The notes beneath the pieces were generated by a model. The model did not search any database and was not told the DNA's origin. It saw only the letters and a list, made by a program, of their open reading frames with translations. A stretch of DNA of 34,460 bases from Candidatus Izemoplasmatales bacterium (lineage in GTDB: Bacteria > Bacillota_I > Bacilli_A > Izemoplasmatales > Hujiaoplasmataceae): the NCBI GenBank assembly GCA_041677365.1, contig JBAYQC010000001.1, positions 1-34,460 of the forward strand. The letters are read 5' to 3'. Position numbers and translations under genes: made by a program. Shown here piece by piece: positions 8,769-17,146 of the stretch (position 1 is its first letter; the number at the start of each line of letters is the position of its first letter).

Positions 8769-9602
8769 ATGGATATTTTTAAATTAATCGCTGAATATAA
8801 ACAAAAAAACATTACGATGATGGCGATTACGGCTGTAAAAAAAGACGGAGCTGGACCTGTAGAAGTAGGAAAAAAACTCTTGTTATTTCCTGATGGGAAA
8901 AGTATTGGTACTGTCGGAGGCGGAGCGATTGAATACTACGCACAAAAAAAAGGTTTAGAACTTTTAGAAAAAAAGCAAAGTTTGCTTGAAACCTATGTTC
9001 TCGATGAAGGTAAGGTTCTTCCTGAGACTAAAACATTACCAATGGTTTGTGGAGGAGTTGTTACGCTTTTTTATGAGTATATTGGCCCAAAAGCAACTAT
9101 TTATATCTTTGGTGGCGGTCATGTTGGTCAAGCTTTGGTTAATGTTTTAAAAACTATGAATTACCACATTACCGTTATTGATGAAAGAAAGCCAATAATC
9201 GAGAAGTTTAACAACGCTGATGTCTTGGTAAATGAAGCTTTTGTTAGTTTTATCGAAAAAGACACAATTAAAGATGGTGATTATATCATCGTTTGTACCC
9301 CTAGTCATAAGTACGACTATCATGTAATAAATAAGATTCTTGAAAAAAAGCTGAAGCCAGCTTATTTAGGTATGCTTTGCTCACCGGATAAAATCAAAGG
9401 TTATTTGAAATCCACTTATGAAAAATTTGGAAAAGATATCGATTTAAGTTTCTTTTACTCACCGATTGGGTTAGATACCGGAGGTATGACTCCGGAGGAA
9501 ATTGCAATCTCAATAACTGCAGAAATTTTAGCTATCACTAACAAAAAAAGCGGTCATAAACATATGCGGGAGACCTTAGATGATCAAGATCATTACTGGT
9601 AA
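8769..9602 (+). CDS. xdhC: XdhC/CoxI-family Mo-hydroxylase maturation (Moco insertion) protein
   Basis: 277 aa. N-terminal XdhC_CoxI-like region (VGTVGGGAIEY) followed by a Rossmann-like domain (IYIFGGGHVGQAL ... VIDER). Confidence 0.8.
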   Translation: MDIFKLIAEYKQKNITMMAITAVKKDGAGPVEVGKKLLLFPDGKSIGTVGGGAIEYYAQKKGLELLEKKQSLLETYVLDEGKVLPETKTLPMVCGGVVTLFYEYIGPKATIYIFGGGHVGQALVNVLKTMNYHITVIDERKPIIEKFNNADVLVNEAFVSFIEKDTIKDGDYIIVCTPSHKYDYHVINKILEKKLKPAYLGMLCSPDKIKGYLKSTYEKFGKDIDLSFFYSPIGLDTGGMTPEEIAISITAEILAITNKKSGHKHMRETLDDQDHYW

Positions 9603-10047
9603 GATAAACTCATATAAAACCACTAGACTAATTGATTATTACCAAAATTATAAACAAGGTGACGGCTTCGCTAGTTTAAAAGTTATGCATAATGATATAG
9701 TTAAGGAATATAATCTTTTACATTTATCAAAGAATAAAAAAATTCCTTATATTAAAAGAAATAATCAAGATATTACCGAACCCGTTATTTATGAAATTGG
9801 ACCATATCGATTTTTAAAGAGTGCTTTTGATTATGTAGAAACTGAAATTGAGAAGATGATTGAAAAAAGAGTTGAACCAATATTTTTGGATGAGATTTCA
9901 TTATTAGAACTTAAAAATCAAGGTTTTCATCAGATTCTTATTAAATTATTAGCCGCTGATTTAGATTTGATTTTAGTTATCAGAAATGATCTTCTAATTG
10001 ACGTATTGGCTAAGTATCAGTTTAAGGATTATAAAATTATTAAGTAG
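9580..10047 (+). CDS. Small P-loop NTPase-like protein (THEP1/DUF2478/MobB-like) with degenerate Walker A
   Basis: 155 aa. The Walker A-like GKINSYKT (9598-9621) has Tyr in place of the second Gly of GxxxxGK[ST]. The Walker B-like IFLDEISLLEL resembles the hhhhDEIGxMEL of THEP1-type NTPases. 23-nt overlap with xdhC. Confidence 0.5.
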   Translation: MIKIITGKINSYKTTRLIDYYQNYKQGDGFASLKVMHNDIVKEYNLLHLSKNKKIPYIKRNNQDITEPVIYEIGPYRFLKSAFDYVETEIEKMIEKRVEPIFLDEISLLELKNQGFHQILIKLLAADLDLILVIRNDLLIDVLAKYQFKDYKIIK

Positions 10048-10059
10048 GAAGTGAGATAA

Positions 10060-11349
10060 TTGTTCGATAAAAGAATAATAAATGGTCAAGTTTTTTACGA
10101 CGATAAGTTTCATAAAACTAACCTTTATATCAAAGGCGAAAAAATCGCCAAAATTTCTTCAGAAAATTTTAATGCTAAAGAAACGATTGACGTAAAAAAT
10201 TCCCTTGTTTTACCTGGTTTAATTGACCCCCATGTTCACTTTGATCTCGACTTGGGAAAAATTCACTCGCGTGATGATTTTTATTATGGCAGTTTAGGAG
10301 CTTGTTTTGGTGGTGTAACCACTATCATTGATTTTTTAGATCCAGTTGATAAATGGGAAGATTTAGAAGCTGCTTATAAATCAAGGTTAAAAGCAGCTGA
10401 AACATCAGTAGTAGATTATCTTTTTCACGCAACAATAAAAAATCCTAAAGGGAGTTTAGAAGATTTTGTCTTAAAAATGAAAGAGTTAGGCATTAACTCG
10501 CTAAAACTTTTTACTACCTATTCTGATTCGAACCGAAGAACATATGATGAACAAATTATCGAACTTTTAAAATTATCTGAAAAATATAATTTCTTATTAT
10601 TAGCGCATATCGAACATGACGATTATATTGATTTAAATCCTCACTTTAAATACCAACAATTACTAAAATCACGTCCAACTCAAGCAGAGACTAAAGAAGC
10701 TTTAAAACTAGCTGGTTATGTTGAAAAATATGGTGGTTATCTCTATATGGTTCACTTAAGCAGTGGAGAAACGCTTAGGGCTTTGAAAAGAGAGTTCCCA
10801 ATGCTTTTAAACAAACGCTTTTTCATTGAGAGCTGTCCCCATTATTTTCTTTTCACCAACGATTTTTTAGAACGGTGCGATGGATTTTTATATACTTTAG
10901 CTCCACCTTTAAGAACAAGAAAAGAAAGAACGCTATTAAAGGATAGTTTTTCTGATATTTTCACTATCGGAACTGATCATTGTGCTTTTAATAGAAGTGA
11001 TAAAGATCATAAATATTTAAAAGATGTTCCCTTAGGTATCGGTAGTATCGAGTATTCATTCGATGTTTTGTTTGAACTCTTTAAACATAAAGCTATTGAT
11101 AAAATGAGCAAAAACATCGCGTGTCTTTATCCTTCTTTAATAGACCAAGGAGAAATTAAGGTCGGTAATAAAGCTAATATTTTTGTCTATGAACTCTATG
11201 ATAATTTCATTGATTTTCATCATGGAAAAACCGATTACAACCTCTATGAAAATTTCAAACGTTCAGGAAGAGTTATGCATACATTATTAAGAGGTGAGTT
11301 TATTGTTAAAAATCAAAAATATGTCGGTCATGGAGGAAAGAAACTATGA
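10060..11349 (+). CDS. hyuA: Cyclic amidohydrolase, D-hydantoinase/dihydropyrimidinase family (HyuA-like)
   Basis: 429 aa, TTG start. PGLIDPHVHFDLD..DDFYYGSLGACFGGVTTIIDF parallels E. coli HyuA (PGGVDVHTHFNID..DDFFTGTRAAACGGTTTIIDH). The carbamylatable Lys (SLKLFTTY), the His ligands (AHIEHDD, MVHLSS) and the Asp (GTDHCAF) are all present. Confidence 0.8.
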   Translation: MFDKRIINGQVFYDDKFHKTNLYIKGEKIAKISSENFNAKETIDVKNSLVLPGLIDPHVHFDLDLGKIHSRDDFYYGSLGACFGGVTTIIDFLDPVDKWEDLEAAYKSRLKAAETSVVDYLFHATIKNPKGSLEDFVLKMKELGINSLKLFTTYSDSNRRTYDEQIIELLKLSEKYNFLLLAHIEHDDYIDLNPHFKYQQLLKSRPTQAETKEALKLAGYVEKYGGYLYMVHLSSGETLRALKREFPMLLNKRFFIESCPHYFLFTNDFLERCDGFLYTLAPPLRTRKERTLLKDSFSDIFTIGTDHCAFNRSDKDHKYLKDVPLGIGSIEYSFDVLFELFKHKAIDKMSKNIACLYPSLIDQGEIKVGNKANIFVYELYDNFIDFHHGKTDYNLYENFKRSGRVMHTLLRGEFIVKNQKYVGHGGKKL

Positions 11350-12677
11350 AAGAAAGAAAAGTAAAAACATTTATTAATGCGAGAATTTACGACTATGATA
11401 AATACATTGAAAATGGCTTTATATCTTTTGATGAAAAAATCATTTCGATTGGTGATATGCAAGATTTCAAAGAAACTCAAGTAGAAGTAATTGATTTGAA
11501 AAATCAAATGGTCATTCCCAGTTTCATCAGTGGACATACCCACCTATATTCAAGTTTTGCTAGAGGAATGGCAAATGAGTTTAATCCGCAAAATTTCTTG
11601 GAAATACTTGAACAACTTTGGTGGAAACTAGATAATTTTCTTGATAAAAAGATGATTCATTTTTCCGCTTTAGTCGGCGCTATAGATCAACTGAAACACG
11701 GAACTACTACATTGATTGATCACCACGCTTCAAAAGTGATTTCAGGAAGTTTAGAACAAATAAAGTCGGCATTAAATGATAAGCTAAATTTGCGTTCAGT
11801 TTTAGCTTTTGAGACAAGTGACAGGTTTTTGATTTCTGAGGCAATCTCTGAAAATAGCGATTTTATTAAGAATAATCAATCTGAATTTATCAGTGGTTTA
11901 TTCGGTGCTCACGCTTCATTATCTTTAAGTGATCAAAGTTTAAAAATGATCTCGAGAAACTTAAATGGCGCAGGAATTCATATTCATGTCGCTGAAAGCT
12001 TAATGGATGAAGAAGATTCACTTAAGAAATATAATCTAAGAGTCGTAGAGCGGTTAGAGAAATTTAACCTTCTTAATGAAAAGTCTCTCTTAGTTCACTG
12101 TACACATATTAACGATAAAGAAATGGATATCATTAAGAAGTATGGTTGTCGAGTAGCGGTAAATGTTACTTCAAATTTAAATAACGCTGTAGGGATTACC
12201 AATATTAAAAAAATGCTCAATAAGGGAATTAAAGTAATTAGCGGTAATGATGGATTAATCCAATCACAACCGATGGAGTATTTAAATATTTACTATTTAT
12301 CACATCTTAAGACGCTTTCGCCAACAAATTTCTCTTTAGATGATATCTTAACGATTATTAATAACACTTATGAATATGCCAATCTAATGTTAAAGACAAA
12401 TCTCGGTAAATTCAAAGTAGGTGCAGAAGCAGATTTTTTAGTTACTGACTATCAGAATTTTACACCGATAACTAAAGAAAATATCTTTTCTCATCTGTTC
12501 TTTGGAGTTTATCCTGGATTTAGAGCTAAAGATGTCTTTGTTTCCGGAAAACAAGTAATCGAAAATTATCAATTAATCAATGATTATGATTCATTATATA
12601 AAGAAGCTAAATCCCAAGCACAAAAATTATGGGATATAGTTGAAAAGGAAGGTGGAAAAATTGAATTTAACTACTAA
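11346..12677 (+). CDS. ssnA: SsnA-family aminohydrolase (ATZ/TRZ chlorohydrolase-guanine deaminase superfamily)
   Basis: 443 aa. SGHTHLYSSFARGMA...LEQLWWKLD...TTTLIDHHAS parallels E. coli SsnA (CSHNHFYSGLSRGIMA...LKNLWWRLD...CTSVIDHHAS). Metal ligands HIHVAES, LVHCTH and GNDG are present. ATGA overlap with hyuA. Confidence 0.85.
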   Translation: MKERKVKTFINARIYDYDKYIENGFISFDEKIISIGDMQDFKETQVEVIDLKNQMVIPSFISGHTHLYSSFARGMANEFNPQNFLEILEQLWWKLDNFLDKKMIHFSALVGAIDQLKHGTTTLIDHHASKVISGSLEQIKSALNDKLNLRSVLAFETSDRFLISEAISENSDFIKNNQSEFISGLFGAHASLSLSDQSLKMISRNLNGAGIHIHVAESLMDEEDSLKKYNLRVVERLEKFNLLNEKSLLVHCTHINDKEMDIIKKYGCRVAVNVTSNLNNAVGITNIKKMLNKGIKVISGNDGLIQSQPMEYLNIYYLSHLKTLSPTNFSLDDILTIINNTYEYANLMLKTNLGKFKVGAEADFLVTDYQNFTPITKENIFSHLFFGVYPGFRAKDVFVSGKQVIENYQLINDYDSLYKEAKSQAQKLWDIVEKEGGKIEFNY

Positions 12678-13743
12678 ATTTGACGGATTAGAATTTAAGA
12701 ACCCTTTGATGCCAGCTGCAGGACCACTTAACGGTGATTATGAAAAATTAGAATTCTTGGTGGAACAAGACTTGGGCGGGATTGTAACTAAAACCATATC
12801 TAAAGAATTACCAAAAATACCAAAGCCTTGTATTTATGGTGATAAGACTTTTATTATGAATTCAGAACTATGGAGTGAACATAGTTATGAAACTTGGATA
12901 AATGATTTTTTACCAAAGTTTATGAAGATTAAAGATAGACCTTTGATTGTAAGTCTCGGTTATTCTAAGGAAGATATGGAATTTTTAGTTCCTAAACTTG
13001 ATAAATTCGCTGATGCTTTTGAAATATCTACTCATTACGTTGGAACGAATTTAGAAGTAATCAAAGATACTGTTAAAGCTATAAGAGCTAATACAAAAAA
13101 ACCGATTTACATGAAGATATCTCCACATATTCCTAATCCTGAAGGTTTTGCTAGAGCAATAAAAGAAGCTGGAGCTTCTGGAGTAGTGGCTATTAATTCT
13201 TTAGGACCAACAATGAAAATCGATTTAAAAACTAAAGCGATTATCTATAGCAATGATTCTGGTTTTGTCTGGACTAGTGGTCCAGCGATAAAACCGATTG
13301 CTTTAGCAACTGTTTATAAGATCAAACAAGCAGAGCCGACACTTACGGTAATTGGAGTTGGAGGAATTAAAACTGCCGATGATGTTTTGGAATTTTTATT
13401 GGCAGGTGCGTCTGCTGTCCAAATGTTATCAGCTGCTTTACTAACCGGTAAAGATTTATACGCAAAAATAATCAAGGATTTACCAAAAGCCTTAGAAAAA
13501 TATGGATTTAATAGTATTGAAGAAGTAATTAATCATGGATTAAAAAAGGAAGTTGTGTATAAAAGAAGTCTTCCAGTCTTAGACAAAGACAAATGTATTG
13601 ATTGTATGCTATGTCAAAAAATTTGTCCCTATTTTGCAATTGACTATCCGGGGGTAATTACTTTTAATCCGGATAAATGCTTTGAATGTGGACTATGTAT
13701 TGCCAAATGTCCGACTGGGGCAATAAGTTTTAATGAAAGGTGA
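12640..13743 (+). CDS. DHOD/DPD(PreA)-fold FMN flavoprotein with C-terminal 2x[4Fe-4S] ferredoxin domain; non-canonical active-site loop
   Basis: 367 aa. The DHOD class 1-like blocks FKNPLMPAAG, IVTKT, VVAINS, AIKPIAL and IGVGGI are present. The C-terminus carries CIDCMLCQKICP and CFECGLCIAKCP. The likely true start is the TTG at 12661 (MNLTTKF...), after GGAAGGTGG. Confidence 0.8.
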   Translation: MKRKVEKLNLTTKFDGLEFKNPLMPAAGPLNGDYEKLEFLVEQDLGGIVTKTISKELPKIPKPCIYGDKTFIMNSELWSEHSYETWINDFLPKFMKIKDRPLIVSLGYSKEDMEFLVPKLDKFADAFEISTHYVGTNLEVIKDTVKAIRANTKKPIYMKISPHIPNPEGFARAIKEAGASGVVAINSLGPTMKIDLKTKAIIYSNDSGFVWTSGPAIKPIALATVYKIKQAEPTLTVIGVGGIKTADDVLEFLLAGASAVQMLSAALLTGKDLYAKIIKDLPKALEKYGFNSIEEVINHGLKKEVVYKRSLPVLDKDKCIDCMLCQKICPYFAIDYPGVITFNPDKCFECGLCIAKCPTGAISFNER

Positions 13744-15833
13744 TTGATATGAGAGATATTTCGCGCTCAATAAATAAAGTTGATAACGATGAAAAGATGA
13801 GTGGTAGCGCTAAATATACCGCTGATTTAAGATATGAAAATATGCAATACGCTTATACCTTAAGGTCAAATATAGCTAAGGGAGAGATTGTTAGTATTGA
13901 TTACCCTAAACTTCCTGAAGGTTATTTTATCGTTGATCACTCAGATATTCCTGGTAAAAATATTGTCAAAGTTATCTATGATGACATGCCAATTTTCACT
14001 ACAGGAAAAATTAGTTATTTATACGAACCAATCGCTCTTATTGTTGGACCAGATAAAGCCGTGTTGAAAAAACTTATCGAAGAAGTTAAGGTTGAATATA
14101 AAATAGAAGAACCAATCTTTGCTTGGGAAGATAGTGTAATCCACTATGAGTTTTCTAAGGGCGAAGGTAAACTTGCTTTCGATAAACTTCAAACAGTTGA
14201 TTTTAATTACGAGACTTCTTATCAAGAACAAGCCTATATTGAACCACAAGGATTTGTCGCTTATATGGAAGGTGAAAAAACCACTTTGATTGGTTCAATC
14301 CAATGTCCATACTATGTGAAAAACGCTGTTATTCAAGCCTTAGGCGTTAGAGAAGATCTTGTAAGAGTTATCCAAGCTAATGTCGGCGGAGCTTTTGGTG
14401 GTAAGGAAGAGTTTCCTTCACTTTTAGCTTGTCAATTGGCAGTAGCTGTAAATAAAGTTAATAAACCAATCCAATTAATTTTTGAAAGAGAAGAAGATAT
14501 CTTAGTAACAACTAAAAGACATCCAGCAAAAATTAGTTTTAGAGCCGCAATTAAAGCAGGAAAAATTTATGCTTTAAGTGTAAAGGCGGGAATTGATGGT
14601 GGAGCGACTATCGGACTTAGCGGAGTAGTTTTATCCAGAGCACTAATCGCTTGTACTGGAGCTTATACAATTGATAATCTCGATGTCAGTGGTGATGTTT
14701 ATCGAACAAACACTGTACCTAATGGAGCTTTTCGAGGGTTTGGAGCGCCACAGATGTTTTTTGCGATTGATATGTTTGTTGAACACGTAGCTAAAACTTT
14801 AGGCGTTGATCCTTTAGAATTTAGGATAAAGCATTTGGCTAAACAAAATGATTTTACTTCAACAATGGGGATATTCAGAGATCCAATTTTAATGCCAGAA
14901 ATGATTGATAGGGCATTAAAGGACTCAAATTATAAAGCGAAACATAAACTTTATGAAAACGATGGAAGTTACCGTGGGATTGGAATGAGTTTGTTTTTCC
15001 ATGGTTGTGGTTTCACCGGTTCTGGTGAACAAAATATCATTAAAGCTAAAGTCAGACTTAAAAAGAGCGGCGACTTAGTAGAAATCTTAATCGCAGCTGT
15101 AGATATGGGTCAAGGTGTAAAAACTAGTTTTAGAAAATTAGTTGCACATATTTTACAGATTCCGATTGAACGGGTTATCTTTAATAATCCTGATACCGAT
15201 TTTGTGCCTGATTCAGGGCCAACAGTAGCTTCTAGAACAATGATGATTGTTGGCGGGTTAGTCGCAAGAGCTGCTAAAGAAGTAAAATCTCGTTTTTCAG
15301 AAAGTGAATTTATCGTTGAAAGACAATATGAACAACCTGAGTATATTAAGTATGATGAAGAAAACTTTAAAGGTGACGCTTATCCAGCTTATTCATGGGG
15401 AGTAAATGTTGTTGAAGTTGAAGTTGACAAATATACCTATCAAGTAAAAGTTAAGAAAGCTTGGTCATTCTATGATGTTGGTAAGGCTATTGACGAAAGA
15501 ATTGTTATTGGTCAAGCTGATGGAGGTTTAGCTCAAGGCTTAGCATATGGATATTTAGAGGTAATGCGTCATGAGTTAGGTTATATCAAGCAAAAGAACT
15601 TTACAGATTACATTATCCCTACGGCAATGGATATGCCTCCGATGGAAACTCATCTTTATGATAACCCATATGCCTTTGGTCCTTATGGAGCAAAGGGTGT
15701 CGGAGAACTATCTTTAATCGGTGGAGCTCCAGCAGTTGCTAAAGCTATAGAAAATGCAATTGGGAGAAAAGTTTTCAAAATACCAGTGACCTCAGAATAT
15801 ATTATGGAGTTGATAAATAATGGCGAAAATTAA
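13740..15833 (+). CDS. Xanthine dehydrogenase family, molybdopterin-binding large subunit, module 2 (canonical XDH catalytic triad)
   Basis: 697 aa. Blocks VGGAFGGKEE (about 14381-14416), AFRGFGAPQ (about 14725-14750) and C-terminal GAKGVGE. The likely start is the ATG at 13749, after GAAAGGTG. Confidence 0.9.
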   Translation: MIDMRDISRSINKVDNDEKMSGSAKYTADLRYENMQYAYTLRSNIAKGEIVSIDYPKLPEGYFIVDHSDIPGKNIVKVIYDDMPIFTTGKISYLYEPIALIVGPDKAVLKKLIEEVKVEYKIEEPIFAWEDSVIHYEFSKGEGKLAFDKLQTVDFNYETSYQEQAYIEPQGFVAYMEGEKTTLIGSIQCPYYVKNAVIQALGVREDLVRVIQANVGGAFGGKEEFPSLLACQLAVAVNKVNKPIQLIFEREEDILVTTKRHPAKISFRAAIKAGKIYALSVKAGIDGGATIGLSGVVLSRALIACTGAYTIDNLDVSGDVYRTNTVPNGAFRGFGAPQMFFAIDMFVEHVAKTLGVDPLEFRIKHLAKQNDFTSTMGIFRDPILMPEMIDRALKDSNYKAKHKLYENDGSYRGIGMSLFFHGCGFTGSGEQNIIKAKVRLKKSGDLVEILIAAVDMGQGVKTSFRKLVAHILQIPIERVIFNNPDTDFVPDSGPTVASRTMMIVGGLVARAAKEVKSRFSESEFIVERQYEQPEYIKYDEENFKGDAYPAYSWGVNVVEVEVDKYTYQVKVKKAWSFYDVGKAIDERIVIGQADGGLAQGLAYGYLEVMRHELGYIKQKNFTDYIIPTAMDMPPMETHLYDNPYAFGPYGAKGVGELSLIGGAPAVAKAIENAIGRKVFKIPVTSEYIMELINNGEN

Positions 15834-16293
15834 ATTTATTTTAAATAACCAGTCACAAGAAATTGATACGGATTTAAACCGAAGACTATTAGATGTTCTT
15901 AGAAATGACTTTAATCTTACTGGGCCAAAAGAAGGTTGTGGCGAAGGTGAGTGTGGTGCTTGTGCGGTATTACTTAATGGCAAAATTGTCAATTCTTGTT
16001 CAGTGCCTTTAGCAAATGTAGTAAGTAAAGAAATAATGACAATTGAAGGCTTTTCGCAAACAAAAAGATATGAAATAATCAAGGAAGCTTTTGCGGAAAT
16101 GGGTGGTGTACAATGTGGTTTTTGTACTCCAGGAATGATTATTGCAACTGAGAGTTTATTGAGACATAATCCGCATCCAACAATTGAAGAAATAAAAATT
16201 GGTTTATCAGGAAATCTTTGTCGTTGTACCGGGTACAACTTAATTGTTAAAGCGATTCAACAAGCAGCTAAAAAAGGTGATGGACTATGGTAG
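15820..16293 (+). CDS. Xanthine dehydrogenase family, 2x[2Fe-2S] small subunit, module 2
   Basis: 157 aa. Motifs GCGEGECGACAV...C and QCGFCTPGM...CRCTGY are present. 14-nt overlap with the upstream gene. Confidence 0.9.
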   Translation: MAKIKFILNNQSQEIDTDLNRRLLDVLRNDFNLTGPKEGCGEGECGACAVLLNGKIVNSCSVPLANVVSKEIMTIEGFSQTKRYEIIKEAFAEMGGVQCGFCTPGMIIATESLLRHNPHPTIEEIKIGLSGNLCRCTGYNLIVKAIQQAAKKGDGLW

Positions 16294-17126
16294 AAGCATA
16301 TGTGCCTAAAAACTTAAAAGCAGCTTTAGAAATGCTTCATGAGAAAAGTTTAAGGATAGTTGCGGGTGGAACAGATATGTTGATTCAAAACCGTAATCGA
16401 TCTGGACTACCAATTAATTTTAAAAGTGATATATTATATGTTTTCGATTTAGAAGAGTTAAAAAGAATCGAAGAAGATAGTGAATTTTTATATATCGGAG
16501 CTAGTTGTTCTTTAGAGAGTATCTTAGAAAACAAACTCACACCCGAACTTTTAAAGATGACGATTTTAGAAATGGCATCACCAGCAATTAGAAATACCGG
16601 AACTTTAGCTGGTAATATTGCTAATGCATCACCAGCAGGGGATGGGATTGTCACTTTAGTATTGGAAGACGCGTTATTAGAAATTCAATCAATAAATCAC
16701 CTGCGAAGAGAAAAAGTTCAGGATTTTATTCAAGGAGTTAGAAAGATTAACTTAAATTCTGATGAGTTAATAACTAAAATTATCATTCCTAAAGTTACAT
16801 TTGATAAAGCTTATTTTAAAAAGGTTGGTCCAAGACTTAGCGACGCTATTTCTAAAGTTGCTTTTGCAGGCGCAATTAAATTTGAAGACACGATTGTTAA
16901 AGACTTTCGGATTTGTCTTGGAGCTGTAAATATCAAAATGGTTCGCGATTCAGCAATTGAAAAAAAATATATAGGAAAAACTAAAAAGGAATTGCAAGGT
17001 TTAATTTCCCAAATTTTAAATGATTATTCGCCTTTAATCAAACCAATTGATGATCAGCGTTCAAATAAAGAATATCGCAAACAAGTCAGTTTGAATTTGA
17101 TTCAAGAATTTATCGAAAATTTATAG
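16287..17126 (+). CDS. Xanthine dehydrogenase family, FAD-binding subunit, module 2
   Basis: 279 aa. Blocks VAGGTDMLIQ and GTLAGNIANASPAGD are present, and the C-terminal DQRSNKEYRK is typical of the CO-DH flavoprotein C-domain. Confidence 0.85.
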   Translation: MVEAYVPKNLKAALEMLHEKSLRIVAGGTDMLIQNRNRSGLPINFKSDILYVFDLEELKRIEEDSEFLYIGASCSLESILENKLTPELLKMTILEMASPAIRNTGTLAGNIANASPAGDGIVTLVLEDALLEIQSINHLRREKVQDFIQGVRKINLNSDELITKIIIPKVTFDKAYFKKVGPRLSDAISKVAFAGAIKFEDTIVKDFRICLGAVNIKMVRDSAIEKKYIGKTKKELQGLISQILNDYSPLIKPIDDQRSNKEYRKQVSLNLIQEFIENL

Positions 17127-17146
17127 GGAATTTAGGAGGTATCTAC

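Noticed and set aside
8769-10047. Labelling the cluster a selenium-dependent molybdenum hydroxylase system on the basis of YqeB/YqeC-like markers.
   Set aside because: The 277-aa protein looks like an ordinary XdhC rather than the longer YqeB. The 155-aa P-loop protein is not clearly YqeC. No selD, selA or selB and no Sec codon are present in the window. Selenium dependence cannot be inferred from this sequence.
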